Source: an uncultured Pelagibacteraceae bacterium
Lineage (GTDB): Bacteria; Pseudomonadota; Alphaproteobacteria; Pelagibacterales; AG-422-B15
Assembly (NCBI GenBank): GCA_902617525.1
Contig: CACMWW010000006.1
Span: 3,941-67,940, forward strand
Length of the DNA stretch: 64,000 nt
Direction: 5' to 3'
The translations under genes and the position numbers were made by a program. Positions 9,033 through 17,863 of this stretch are shown here, in pieces. Every line of letters begins with the position of its first letter. Positions within the stretch are counted from its first letter, which is position 1. Under the pieces are notes generated by a model, which was given only the letters and a program-made list of their open reading frames with translations, was not told where the DNA came from and ran no database searches.

Positions 9033-9692
9033 TTACTGAACCACAATCAATCGTGCTGCAGTTATTCGAATGTCTACTTCCTCAATTGTTTCATCTATCA
9101 TTGACAATGCATAATCTAGCTCTTCAGAACTTAATTCTGCAATTAGATCATCAATTCCTTCTTTTCCAGCGCCGCATAATGAAGATTTATTACATTGCAA
9201 ATACCACCTAACTGATTGAACAAGATCTTTTTTTACTCCATCTCCAAACTCATACATATTTGCAACATTATATTGAGCTTCGGGCACACCTCTCTCTGCA
9301 GCAAATAGATAATACTGAAATGCTTTTTTATAGTTTGGCCAAAATACCCAGTGATTATCGTAATATTCTCCTATGGCATAAGCTGCTCTTGGATCGTTAT
9401 CATTTTCATATAGATCTAAAAAAATCTCATATGCTTTTTTGTAGTTTGACTCATTACCATCTACACAGAAATCATCAATCTTACATAAATTTATGGAAGA
9501 TGCATCGTTATATAAAAGTCCTAAAATATATTTTGCATCAGGATTTGACTTTGTATTTACAAAGTCTTTTAAAATTTTTATTGCTTCTTCTTTTTTTCCA
9601 GTTGCGAAAAGATCATAAACATTTTCAGTTTTTGAGAGTGCTGAAGAACTGAGTAATGCAATTGATATGATTGTAATAAATAATTTCTTCAT
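9033..9692 (-). CDS. exported Sel1-like repeat (SLR/TPR-family) protein
   Basis: 219 aa with N-terminal signal MKKLFITIISIALLSSSALS. SLR-type repeats present (AKYILGLLYND.., AAYAIGEYYDN.., AQYNVANMYEFGDGVKKDLVQSVRWYLQ). Confidence 0.7.
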   Translation of the reverse strand: MKKLFITIISIALLSSSALSKTENVYDLFATGKKEEAIKILKDFVNTKSNPDAKYILGLLYNDASSINLCKIDDFCVDGNESNYKKAYEIFLDLYENDNDPRAAYAIGEYYDNHWVFWPNYKKAFQYYLFAAERGVPEAQYNVANMYEFGDGVKKDLVQSVRWYLQCNKSSLCGAGKEGIDDLIAELSSEELDYALSMIDETIEEVDIRITAARLIVVQ

Positions 9693-9700
9693 TGTATTGA

Positions 9701-9777
9701 TGGCGCGCCCGAGAGGATTCGAACCTCTGACCCACAGCTTAGAAGGCTGTTGCTCTATCCAGCTGAGCTACGGGCGC
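9701..9777 (-). tRNA. tRNA-Arg (TCT)
   Basis: Reverse complement GCGCCCGTAGCTCAGCTGGATAGAGCAACAGCCTTCTAAGCTGTGGGTCAGAGGTTCGAATCCTCTCGGGCGCGCCA. Anticodon loop CTTCTAA. Confidence 0.93.
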
Positions 9778-10056
9778 TTACTTAAAGTTATCTGCGTACG
9801 ATTTATTTATAACTTTCCTCTCTGAGGTTTCAAGAACTTCATAATCAATGTTATTTTTTTTTGCATAACTGACTGCTTCTTCTTTAGTTGAGAATTTTAA
9901 TTCAATTTGAGAAACAGTACTACTACCACCATTCCAACCCATCATAGTATCTTTAAGCTGATTTTTTTGATCTAAAAATTTTAAAACCCATTTATTGTAT
10001 TTTGCTCTACCAGACTGCATAGCAGTTTTAGTAGGTTTATAAATTTTGGCTTTCAT
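9778..10056 (-). CDS. ETC complex I NDUFS4-like small protein (PF04800-type)
   Basis: 92 aa. MKAKIYKPTKTAMQSGRAKYNKWVLKF...MGWNGGSSTVSQIELKFSTKEEAVSYAKKNNIDYEV matches the alphaproteobacterial/mitochondrial NDUFS4-like pattern as I remember it. Confidence 0.7.
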   Translation of the reverse strand: MKAKIYKPTKTAMQSGRAKYNKWVLKFLDQKNQLKDTMMGWNGGSSTVSQIELKFSTKEEAVSYAKKNNIDYEVLETSERKVINKSYADNFK

Positions 10057-10061
10057 ATTAT

Positions 10062-10931
10062 CTATTCTGACCCATCTAAATTGAGTAAGCCTTTATATAG
10101 TTCAGGTCTTCGATCTCTAAACACCCCCCAAACGTTTCGCAAGGTTTCAGCTTCAGACAAATTAATCTTTCCTATCAGTACTTCTTCTTTATCTCTACTT
10201 CCTTCTGCGATCTTGTCGCCAACATGATTTGTCACGAAGGAACGACCATAAAAGTAGTTTTCAATATCAATTCCTTTTTCTGTTCCAATTCTATTTGAAG
10301 CAATGACTGGTATTTGATTTGATGCAGAGTGACCTATCATTGCTCTTTGCCACATATCAGAGCTATCAAATCCATCATCTTCCGGTTCTCCTCCAATGGC
10401 AGTTGGATATAGTAATAATTCTGCTCCACTTAGAACCATGGACCTTGCGGCTTCCGGAAACCACTGATCCCAACATATACCAACCCCAATCTTGGCGTAT
10501 TTTGTATCCCATACTTTGAAACCTGTATCTCCAGGATTAAAATAAAACTTTTCCTGGTAGCCAGGTCCATCAGGAATGTGCGACTTTCTATATTTTCCTA
10601 ATACATTTCCATCGGCATCTACAATCGCAACTGAATTATAATGAGCCCTATTTGCTTTTTCAAAAAAACTCACTGGCAAAACAACTTTCAGCTCTTTAGC
10701 TAATTCAGAAAATTTCTTTATTGTTGGATGGTTATCAAAAGGCTTTGATAATTCAAATAGTTCTTCTTTTTGGTCCATGCAAAAATATTGTGATTCAAAT
10801 AACTCTTGAATTAAAATTATTTGAGCGCCTTCGGAAGCGGCCTGTCTGACAAGCTTCTCGGCATTACTCACGTTCTTATCAGTTTCATTAGAGCAAGCCA
10901 TTTGCGTTGCTGCCACGGTTACTTCTCTCAC
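10062..10931 (-). CDS. aguB: N-carbamoylputrescine amidase (CN-hydrolase family)
   Basis: 289 aa. VTVAATQMACS..AQIILIQELFESQYFC.. and the catalytic-Cys region GVGICWDQWFPE. Overlaps aguA by 4 nt. Confidence 0.85.
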   Translation of the reverse strand: MREVTVAATQMACSNETDKNVSNAEKLVRQAASEGAQIILIQELFESQYFCMDQKEELFELSKPFDNHPTIKKFSELAKELKVVLPVSFFEKANRAHYNSVAIVDADGNVLGKYRKSHIPDGPGYQEKFYFNPGDTGFKVWDTKYAKIGVGICWDQWFPEAARSMVLSGAELLLYPTAIGGEPEDDGFDSSDMWQRAMIGHSASNQIPVIASNRIGTEKGIDIENYFYGRSFVTNHVGDKIAEGSRDKEEVLIGKINLSEAETLRNVWGVFRDRRPELYKGLLNLDGSE

Positions 10932-11965
10932 ATTTTACTCCTAGGTTGTTGTTGCGTGATGCAGTGTACACCACCTCCTCCCAAAAGTATATGGGACCCA
11001 TCAAGAGTAACTACTTTTCGATCAGGAAATGAACTTTTAACTATTTCTAAAGCATTTTGATCTGCCTTTTCATCTCCAAAAATTGGAAGAATTACAGCTG
11101 AGTTTGCAATATAGAAGTTAATATATGAGCATGGCTCATCATCATTTGGAATTATTCTTTTATAAGACATCTCTAATTCAATTACATCAAAGTCATTTCC
11201 ATTTGCATCTTTTGAAGTTTTTAAAATTTCTAGATTTTCATTTAGTAAGTCATAATATGGATCTTGTTTGTCTTGACATGTCATGGCCATAACTCTTCCA
11301 GGAGAGATAAAACATGCAACATTATCCACATGACCATTAGTGCCTTCATCTGTACCGTGTTTTAGCCAAATAACATTTTTAACACCAAAAAAGTTTTTAA
11401 GGTTTGACTCTATTTCTGATTTAGAAAGATTAGGATTCCGATTATCATGAAGCAAGCACTGTTCTGTTGTCAATAGTGTTCCATTACCATCTACATCAAT
11501 TGAACCACCTTCAAGCACCATATTGTTTTTAAAATATTTAGCTCCAGATTTTTCAATCATCATTTTGGCTACTTTATCGTCAAGCTCATAATTTTCTTTG
11601 TAACCCCAACAATTAAAATCTGAATCTACCCCTGCTAATCCATGATTATGATCTAATAGAAATATTGCACCTGAATCCCTTGACCATGCGTCATTAATAG
11701 GAAACTCGATAATATCTATTTTTTCGCTCAATAGACTTTTTGCACTAGCAGAGTCCTTTGGATGAACTATCATTTTAGTTTTTTCAAATTTTGAGATGGC
11801 ATTTGCAACTTTCGCCCATGCATTTCTACCTTTTTGATAATCAAAATGTGACCAAGATGATGTTACATCTGTTGGAAATGTCTCTGTTGGCCATTGCATC
11901 CAGCAACACTCGTGAGGAAACCATTCAGCTGGCATTGTGTAAGAATTTTCGATTGGCACGCTCAT
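10928..11965 (-). CDS. aguA: agmatine deiminase
   Basis: 345 aa with N-terminal [18 protein letters not shown] and C-terminal catalytic [13 protein letters not shown]. Confidence 0.88.
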   Translation of the reverse strand: MSVPIENSYTMPAEWFPHECCWMQWPTETFPTDVTSSWSHFDYQKGRNAWAKVANAISKFEKTKMIVHPKDSASAKSLLSEKIDIIEFPINDAWSRDSGAIFLLDHNHGLAGVDSDFNCWGYKENYELDDKVAKMMIEKSGAKYFKNNMVLEGGSIDVDGNGTLLTTEQCLLHDNRNPNLSKSEIESNLKNFFGVKNVIWLKHGTDEGTNGHVDNVACFISPGRVMAMTCQDKQDPYYDLLNENLEILKTSKDANGNDFDVIELEMSYKRIIPNDDEPCSYINFYIANSAVILPIFGDEKADQNALEIVKSSFPDRKVVTLDGSHILLGGGGVHCITQQQPRSKM

Positions 11966-11977
11966 TCAAAACCTCAT

Positions 11978-12054
<77 letters not shown>

Positions 12055-12095
12055 AAACGAGTGAGAATGTATCTAAAAACAGATAAATCTTCAAT

Positions 12096-13040
12096 CTATT
12101 TAAGAAAATCTAATAGTATATTATTTACTTCGTCAGGCTTCTCCTGTTGTACCCAATGACCTGCATTTTTAATTATATGATTTGAGACAAGGTTTTCATG
12201 TAGGGCTGGATTTATCAAACTCCATTTAGCCACAGGATCGTGCTCGCCCACAATAAAACATGAAGGAGGTGATATTTTTTTCTCATGTGTATCTTTTGTA
12301 ATTTCCCAATTTTTGTCAATGTTTCGATACCAGTTAATTGGTCCGCGCATTCCTCCATTTGTAAATTCTTTAAGATAAAAATCAAAATCCTCTTCTGACA
12401 TAAACTCAGGAATTTTATTATGTTCACCAAGTGAGTCTAAGAATGTCATCTCATCTGTATACGGCTTAGGTTCAAAAGTTTGTGACTCTTCTCCATCACT
12501 TGTGAGAGAACTATATACTGCAATCAGAGATTTTCTCATGTCTTGCTCTAATTCTTTCTCGACACGTCCTTCTTCTTGAAAATAAATCATATAAAAAAAT
12601 ACATCTTTGAATAAAAATTTCATTGTTTCAATTGGAGGCATTTTTGAAACTAAATATGGCACGCTCATTCCACAAACTTTATTAACTCTATCAGGATGAT
12701 ACAATGACGTATTCCAGGCAACTGGTGCTCCCCAGTCGTGTCCAATTAATGAAAAATTATCTTCTTTCATCTCATCTGCTATAGCAATAATATCTGAAGT
12801 GAGCTCCATAATATTGTAAGCATCGATTTCAGTTGGCTTTGAAGTTTTTCCATAACCTCTCATATCTGGCACTGCTACTTTGAAACCGTTTTTAACTAAA
12901 GAAGTAATCTGATGTCTCCAAGAATACCAAGATTCTGGCCACCCATGTGCCATTATAACTAACGGACCCTCTCCATCAATATATGTATTTATTTCGATAT
13001 CCTTATTTTTAATAATTTTAAAATTTTTCTGATTAAACAT
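12096..13040 (-). CDS. alpha/beta-fold hydrolase (epoxide hydrolase/haloalkane dehalogenase-like)
   Basis: 314 aa. HGWPESWYSWRHQ oxyanion region, nucleophile elbow LIGHDWGA, C-terminal GHWVQQEKPDEV. Confidence 0.75.
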   Translation of the reverse strand: MFNQKNFKIIKNKDIEINTYIDGEGPLVIMAHGWPESWYSWRHQITSLVKNGFKVAVPDMRGYGKTSKPTEIDAYNIMELTSDIIAIADEMKEDNFSLIGHDWGAPVAWNTSLYHPDRVNKVCGMSVPYLVSKMPPIETMKFLFKDVFFYMIYFQEEGRVEKELEQDMRKSLIAVYSSLTSDGEESQTFEPKPYTDEMTFLDSLGEHNKIPEFMSEEDFDFYLKEFTNGGMRGPINWYRNIDKNWEITKDTHEKKISPPSCFIVGEHDPVAKWSLINPALHENLVSNHIIKNAGHWVQQEKPDEVNNILLDFLK

Positions 13041-13042
13041 TG

Positions 13043-13477
13043 TTAAGATGGATCCTTTTTTCCGTGATTTCTTAAAATTTTAAAAATCCCATCTGATGTA
13101 AAAATAATTTTATCATCTATAAATAAATTACACTTCATAAATAAAATTGATTTTGTCTCTCTAGTAATTTCTGCAAAACCATATACCCAGGATCCTTTTG
13201 GAGCGGGGCCTACATAATTAGCATTTAATTTAGCAGTTAAGCATGGGAATGAGTCCTTTTTCCAAGCAGTATACCCCATAATTCCATCTGCAAATGCAAT
13301 GAGTGTGCCTCCATGCGCTATACCAGCTTTATTGCAATTAATTTCCTCAACCGTAAATCCTTTATAAAAAATTCCATCTAGTTCTAAATTATAGAGAAAA
13401 CCATTATTTTTTGAGAACGGTCCAGGATCAGTATCCTTGGTATAGTTTTTTATATTTTTTAATATGTCAGTTTGCAT
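13043..13477 (-). CDS. PaaI-family hotdog-fold thioesterase
   Basis: 144 aa. GIAHGGTLIAFADGIMG motif typical of PaaI/4HBT thioesterases. Confidence 0.7.
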   Translation of the reverse strand: MQTDILKNIKNYTKDTDPGPFSKNNGFLYNLELDGIFYKGFTVEEINCNKAGIAHGGTLIAFADGIMGYTAWKKDSFPCLTAKLNANYVGPAPKGSWVYGFAEITRETKSILFMKCNLFIDDKIIFTSDGIFKILRNHGKKDPS

Positions 13478-13529
13478 TGCAAAAATATATTTGATTAATG
13501 ATGAATGATAAATATATAATTGATCGAAG

Positions 13530-13609
13530 ATTATGGGGAGCTATTGCTGAGAGGTTCCAGATAATGGAACGACCCAAAACCTGATCTAGATAATGCTAGC
13601 GGAGGAAAT
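13530..13609 (+). promoter_or_regulatory. TPP (THI-box) riboswitch
   Basis: uGGGGAGCuauuGCUGAGAgguuccagauaauggaacgACCCaaAACCUGAUCUAGAUAAUGCUAGCGGAGGAaau-AUG. All core THI-box blocks are present in canonical order. The 3' end overlaps the GGAGG Shine-Dalgarno and the start codon of thiB. Confidence 0.9.
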
Positions 13610-14506
13610 ATGCAAAAAATATCAATAGTTTTATTTTTCTTAATTTATTTAAACAGCTCCTTTGCCCAAGAAAAATTAGTTGTTGGAACCTACGACTCTT
13701 TCTCAGCTGATTGGGGGCCAGGACCTATTATAGAAGGAAAGTTTGAAGAAATTTGCAATTGCGATCTTCAATTCATCTCAACCAGTCAAGCAGGCACTTT
13801 AAATAATGAGATTTTTCTGAATGGAAAGGATGTGATTCTTGGCGTAGAAATGCACGAATTTGATTATTCAATTGAAGATTGGCATGAGTATGATCATGGT
13901 TTCTTTTCGTTTATTTATGACAGTAGTAAACTAACTGACCCACCCAAAACTTTTGAGGAGTTGGTAAATCGTGAAGATCTTAAAATCGTTGTGCAAGATC
14001 CTCGTACAAGTCCAGTTGGCATTGGTTTGTTAAGATGGATGAAATCAATATTTAAAGATGACTTCTCTATTAAGTTAAAACAATTAGATCAAAATATAAT
14101 AACATACTCACCAGGATGGTCTGAGGCTTATGGAATTTTTCTTGAAGGAAATGCAGACCTTGTTTTGAGTTATAGCACTTCACCATTTTATCACCAAGAG
14201 TATGAAAATGAATACAAATACAAGTCACTTAATTTTACTGAGGGTCACTTAGCCACAAGGGAGATTGTTTATGTTCGAGAGGAGTCAATGAATCAAAAAC
14301 TTGCAAAAAAATTTATAGATTTCATTATTGAGGATGAAATTCAAAAAATAATATCTTCAATGAACATTATGTATCCATCGGTTGATAAAACTGAACTAGT
14401 TCCAGAAAAAATGAAAAATTTGATAAAACCAAAAGAAATTGATTATAAAGTATTTCTAGAGTCTGAACCATTAATTGAAACTTGGCTTGAGACTATTGCA
14501 GGCTAA
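13610..14506 (+). CDS. thiB: thiamine/thiamine-precursor ABC transporter periplasmic binding protein
   Basis: 298 aa with a signal peptide, ThiB/TbpA-like. Directly behind a TPP riboswitch and ahead of thiP. Confidence 0.8.
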   Translation: MQKISIVLFFLIYLNSSFAQEKLVVGTYDSFSADWGPGPIIEGKFEEICNCDLQFISTSQAGTLNNEIFLNGKDVILGVEMHEFDYSIEDWHEYDHGFFSFIYDSSKLTDPPKTFEELVNREDLKIVVQDPRTSPVGIGLLRWMKSIFKDDFSIKLKQLDQNIITYSPGWSEAYGIFLEGNADLVLSYSTSPFYHQEYENEYKYKSLNFTEGHLATREIVYVREESMNQKLAKKFIDFIIEDEIQKIISSMNIMYPSVDKTELVPEKMKNLIKPKEIDYKVFLESEPLIETWLETIAG

Positions 14507-16019
14507 CATAAAAGATCTAATTCCAATAGGAGTTTTTTTTCTCGTTTTAGCGGCAGTTGTGTTGCCTGTATTTAGTTTAGTTTATTATTACAATTTTAGT
14601 TTCACACTTAATTTCTCAAATTATTATTTTACCATTATTTTTTTTACAATCTTTCAATCATTTGCCTCTGCCTTTTTTTCTATAGTAATAGGTTCCGTAT
14701 TTGCACTTTTATTAATAAGGCACAGGCATCATAAAACCATAAAACTTATCGTAAATTTTTTGTCAATTTTATTTGTATTGCCAACAATACTATCAGTATT
14801 TGGAATCCTAACATTTTACGGACAATATTTTTCTATTTATGGAATAATTGGCATATTACTTGGTCATACAATTTTAAACACTCCATTAATAACAAGAATT
14901 ATATTTCAAAGTCTAAATGATATCAGTTCAAATGAATATATGCTTGCAAAACAAGTGTCTTTGGACAAGTTAGGAATTTTCTTTGCTATTGAATGGCCTA
15001 TTATAAAAAAAAATATACCCAGTCTCTTTGTTATTGTCTTTTTTATATGCTTTGTAAGCTTTACCCCAGTTTTAATTCTGGGTGGAAGCCCAAAATATTC
15101 AACTTTAGAAGTAGCGATTTATTATTCTGTAATTTTTAATAATGATTTTGATGCAGCCCTAAATTTATTGCTTATACAATTATCAATATGTCTTTTCATA
15201 TACGCTGCTTTCTTTAAAAATTTTAAAAGTTCAAATTTTATAATTGATGAACAAAGAAATTTTTATGAAAATAAAAAAAGAGGATTTTTTTTCTATTTTG
15301 AAATTATATTCATAATACTGATATCTATTTTCATTTTTTCTCCGATATGCTTCATAATCTTAAATGGATTCAATAAAGAACTAATAAATATATTTTCATC
15401 ATCATATTTATGGCATGCAATAAATAACACATTTGTGATTTGTTTTTTTTCAGGAACTATTTCAGTTTTTGTAGCTCTCAACTACCTTAATTTGATCTAT
15501 CGCAAAAAATATTTTACAGAAATATTGATTTATTCACTTATTATATTTTCGCCAGTTGTAATGGCTGTTGGATATTATATTTTATTATTTAAAATCAGCT
15601 TGTTTGATATACCGAATATTCTTATTGTTATCGTTCTAAACGCAATTTTTTCACTGCCATTTACATATAACTTTCTAGCACCGTCTTACTTTAAAGTTAC
15701 GCATGAGAATGAAGACATCTCAAAAAGTATCAACATGTATGGATTACAGAGATTTCTAATTATTGATTTTCCTAGACTAAAAGTACCAATAATTACCGCT
15801 TTCTCAGTATCTTCAATACTATCTGCAAGTGATCTCGTTATCATTACCTTTTTTGGCACGAATAGCTTGTCAACTCTAACTCAAACAATATATAGACTTA
15901 TGGGAAGTTATAGGATGGATGAAGCATATTCAGTTTCTCTAATATTGCTAATGTTTTGCATCTGTTACTTTGGAGCTTCATACGTATTTATGAAAGGTAA
16001 GTTATGGAACACTCATTAG
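14475..16019 (+). CDS. thiP: thiamine ABC transporter permease (duplicated-domain type)
   Basis: 514-aa polytopic protein. ..SFTPVLILGGSPKYSTLEVAIYYSVIFNNDFDAALNLLLIQL.. resembles the E. coli ThiP segment (..LGGGPQATTIELAIYQAL..). The track start is a TTG; in-frame TTGs at 14487/14496 are alternatives. Confidence 0.8.
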   Translation: MKLGLRLLQANIKDLIPIGVFFLVLAAVVLPVFSLVYYYNFSFTLNFSNYYFTIIFFTIFQSFASAFFSIVIGSVFALLLIRHRHHKTIKLIVNFLSILFVLPTILSVFGILTFYGQYFSIYGIIGILLGHTILNTPLITRIIFQSLNDISSNEYMLAKQVSLDKLGIFFAIEWPIIKKNIPSLFVIVFFICFVSFTPVLILGGSPKYSTLEVAIYYSVIFNNDFDAALNLLLIQLSICLFIYAAFFKNFKSSNFIIDEQRNFYENKKRGFFFYFEIIFIILISIFIFSPICFIILNGFNKELINIFSSSYLWHAINNTFVICFFSGTISVFVALNYLNLIYRKKYFTEILIYSLIIFSPVVMAVGYYILLFKISLFDIPNILIVIVLNAIFSLPFTYNFLAPSYFKVTHENEDISKSINMYGLQRFLIIDFPRLKVPIITAFSVSSILSASDLVIITFFGTNSLSTLTQTIYRLMGSYRMDEAYSVSLILLMFCICYFGASYVFMKGKLWNTH

Positions 16020-17296
16020 ATTTAACCTATCACTGGGCTGGTTTCTCAGCTTTAGTTGTCTTTGTCATCGCTTATGCATTTGTGATGGCAGAAGAATTCA
16101 CTCATTTAAGAAAATCAAAACCGGTTGTACTTGCGGCTGGCTTAATATGGGGAATGATTGCAATTGCATATTCCAACACTCCTCATTACGAAATGGTTGA
16201 ACATGAAATTAGACACAGCTTTCTAGAATATACAGAACTTGCTTTTTTCCTCTTAGTTGCAATGACATATATAAATGCTCTTGAAGAACGCAATGTGTTT
16301 AATTCTCTTAAGTCGTGGCTGATTAAAAATCAATTTAGTTACAGACAATTATTCTGGATTACAGGCGTATTAGCATTTTTCTTGTCTCCATTAGCTGATA
16401 ATCTAACAACTGCTTTAGTGTTATGTGCGGTTGTAGTAGCTGTAGGTTCATCAAGTCCTAAGTTTGTTGGATTAGCCTGTGTGAATATTGTTGTCGCTGC
16501 AAATGCAGGTGGTGCATTTAGTCCTTTTGGCGATATTACAACTTTAATGGTATGGCAAGCTGGTCAATTAGACTTTTTACAATTCTTTGCTTTGGTTATT
16601 CCATCTGTTGTAAATTATATTATTCCTGCAAGCATAATGCACTTTTTTGTTTCAGATCATAAGCCCGATGTTGCAGAGACAAGCGTAACAATCAAATATG
16701 GTGGAAAGACAATTATTCTACTTGGTCTTTTAACAATTGTGACTGCTGTAAGTTTTCATAATTTTTTACATCTTCCTCCTGTGTTTGGAATGATGACTGG
16801 TCTGGCATACTTACAGCTCTACAGTTTTTATATTAAAATTAGTGTTAAAGACATTGAGGAGCAAAAATATGACTTCTTCGAGAATGTTGCTCGTGTTGAG
16901 TGGGATACATTATTATTTTTCTTTGGTGTAATTCTGTCTGTTGGAGGCCTGGGCTTCATAGGCTATCTAGAATACGTATCAGAATTTATGTACACAGACT
17001 TGGGTGCAACTACTGCCAATGTCTTAGTTGGCATACTCTCAGCTATTGTAGATAATATTCCAGTGATGTTTGCAGTATTAACAATGGAACCTGCGATGCC
17101 AGACTCACAATGGCTGCTTGTTACTTTAACTGCTGGTGTTGGCGGCAGTATGTTGTCTATTGGATCTGCAGCAGGCGTTGCTTTAATGGGTCAGTCAAGA
17201 GGTATGTATACTTTCTTTGGTCATTTAAAATGGACACCAATTATTGCAATTGGATACTTTGCAAGTGTCTATGTGCATATATTGATAAATTTTTAA
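16004..17296 (+). CDS. nhaD: NhaD/ArsB-superfamily Na+/H+ antiporter
   Basis: 430 aa with ~12 TM. N-terminal ..AEEFTHLRKSKPVVLAAGLIWG.. is typical of NhaD. The start overlaps the thiP stop by 16 nt. Confidence 0.72.
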   Translation: MEHSLDLTYHWAGFSALVVFVIAYAFVMAEEFTHLRKSKPVVLAAGLIWGMIAIAYSNTPHYEMVEHEIRHSFLEYTELAFFLLVAMTYINALEERNVFNSLKSWLIKNQFSYRQLFWITGVLAFFLSPLADNLTTALVLCAVVVAVGSSSPKFVGLACVNIVVAANAGGAFSPFGDITTLMVWQAGQLDFLQFFALVIPSVVNYIIPASIMHFFVSDHKPDVAETSVTIKYGGKTIILLGLLTIVTAVSFHNFLHLPPVFGMMTGLAYLQLYSFYIKISVKDIEEQKYDFFENVARVEWDTLLFFFGVILSVGGLGFIGYLEYVSEFMYTDLGATTANVLVGILSAIVDNIPVMFAVLTMEPAMPDSQWLLVTLTAGVGGSMLSIGSAAGVALMGQSRGMYTFFGHLKWTPIIAIGYFASVYVHILINF

Positions 17297-17302
17297 TTCA
17301 GA

Positions 17303-17848
17303 ATGAGAGTTTTTTTAACTTTTTTCCTTATATTTCTCTTAAACACAGGATCCTCAATGTCAGAAAATGCATATAGTTATTCTTTTAAAGATATTAATGA
17401 AGAAGATGTGATTAACCTGTCAGACTACAAGGGTAAAACGCTTGTCGTTGTAAACACTGCAAGTTTGTGCGGTTTTACTTATCAATACGATGGGCTACAA
17501 AAACTTTATGATGACTATAAAGATCAAGGTCTGGTTGTATTGGGTGTCCCATCAAATGATTTTGGAAATCAAGAGTCAGGTACAAATAGCGAAGTAAAAG
17601 AATTTTGTGAAAGTACTTTTAGTATAACGTTTCCACTTACAGAAAAAAATGTTGTCAAAGGTAAAGATGCTCATCCATTTTTCAAATGGTCCAAAAAAGA
17701 ATTAGGTTTTATCGGAGGAGTTCCTAGGTGGAATTTTCATAAAATTATAATAGGCAAAGATGGTAATGCAATTGCAGGCTATACAGCATTAACTCGTCCG
17801 TCCTCTAAAAAATTTATAAGTGAAATAGAAAAAGCTCTTCAGCTTTAA
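17303..17848 (+). CDS. glutathione peroxidase (Cys-type)
   Basis: 181 aa. VVNTASLCGFT (peroxidatic Cys), LGVPSNDFGNQE, WNFHKIIIG. The N-terminal 18 aa are hydrophobic (possible signal). An alternative start is the second Met at 17357. Confidence 0.85.
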   Translation: MRVFLTFFLIFLLNTGSSMSENAYSYSFKDINEEDVINLSDYKGKTLVVVNTASLCGFTYQYDGLQKLYDDYKDQGLVVLGVPSNDFGNQESGTNSEVKEFCESTFSITFPLTEKNVVKGKDAHPFFKWSKKELGFIGGVPRWNFHKIIIGKDGNAIAGYTALTRPSSKKFISEIEKALQL

Positions 17849-17863
17849 TTCTTTTAATTACTT

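Noticed and set aside
17303-17356. Hydrophobic N-terminus of glutathione peroxidase as evidence for an exported enzyme
   Set aside because: It could equally be an over-extended start, since a second Met at 17357 gives a typical cytoplasmic Gpx N-terminus. This cannot be decided from sequence alone.
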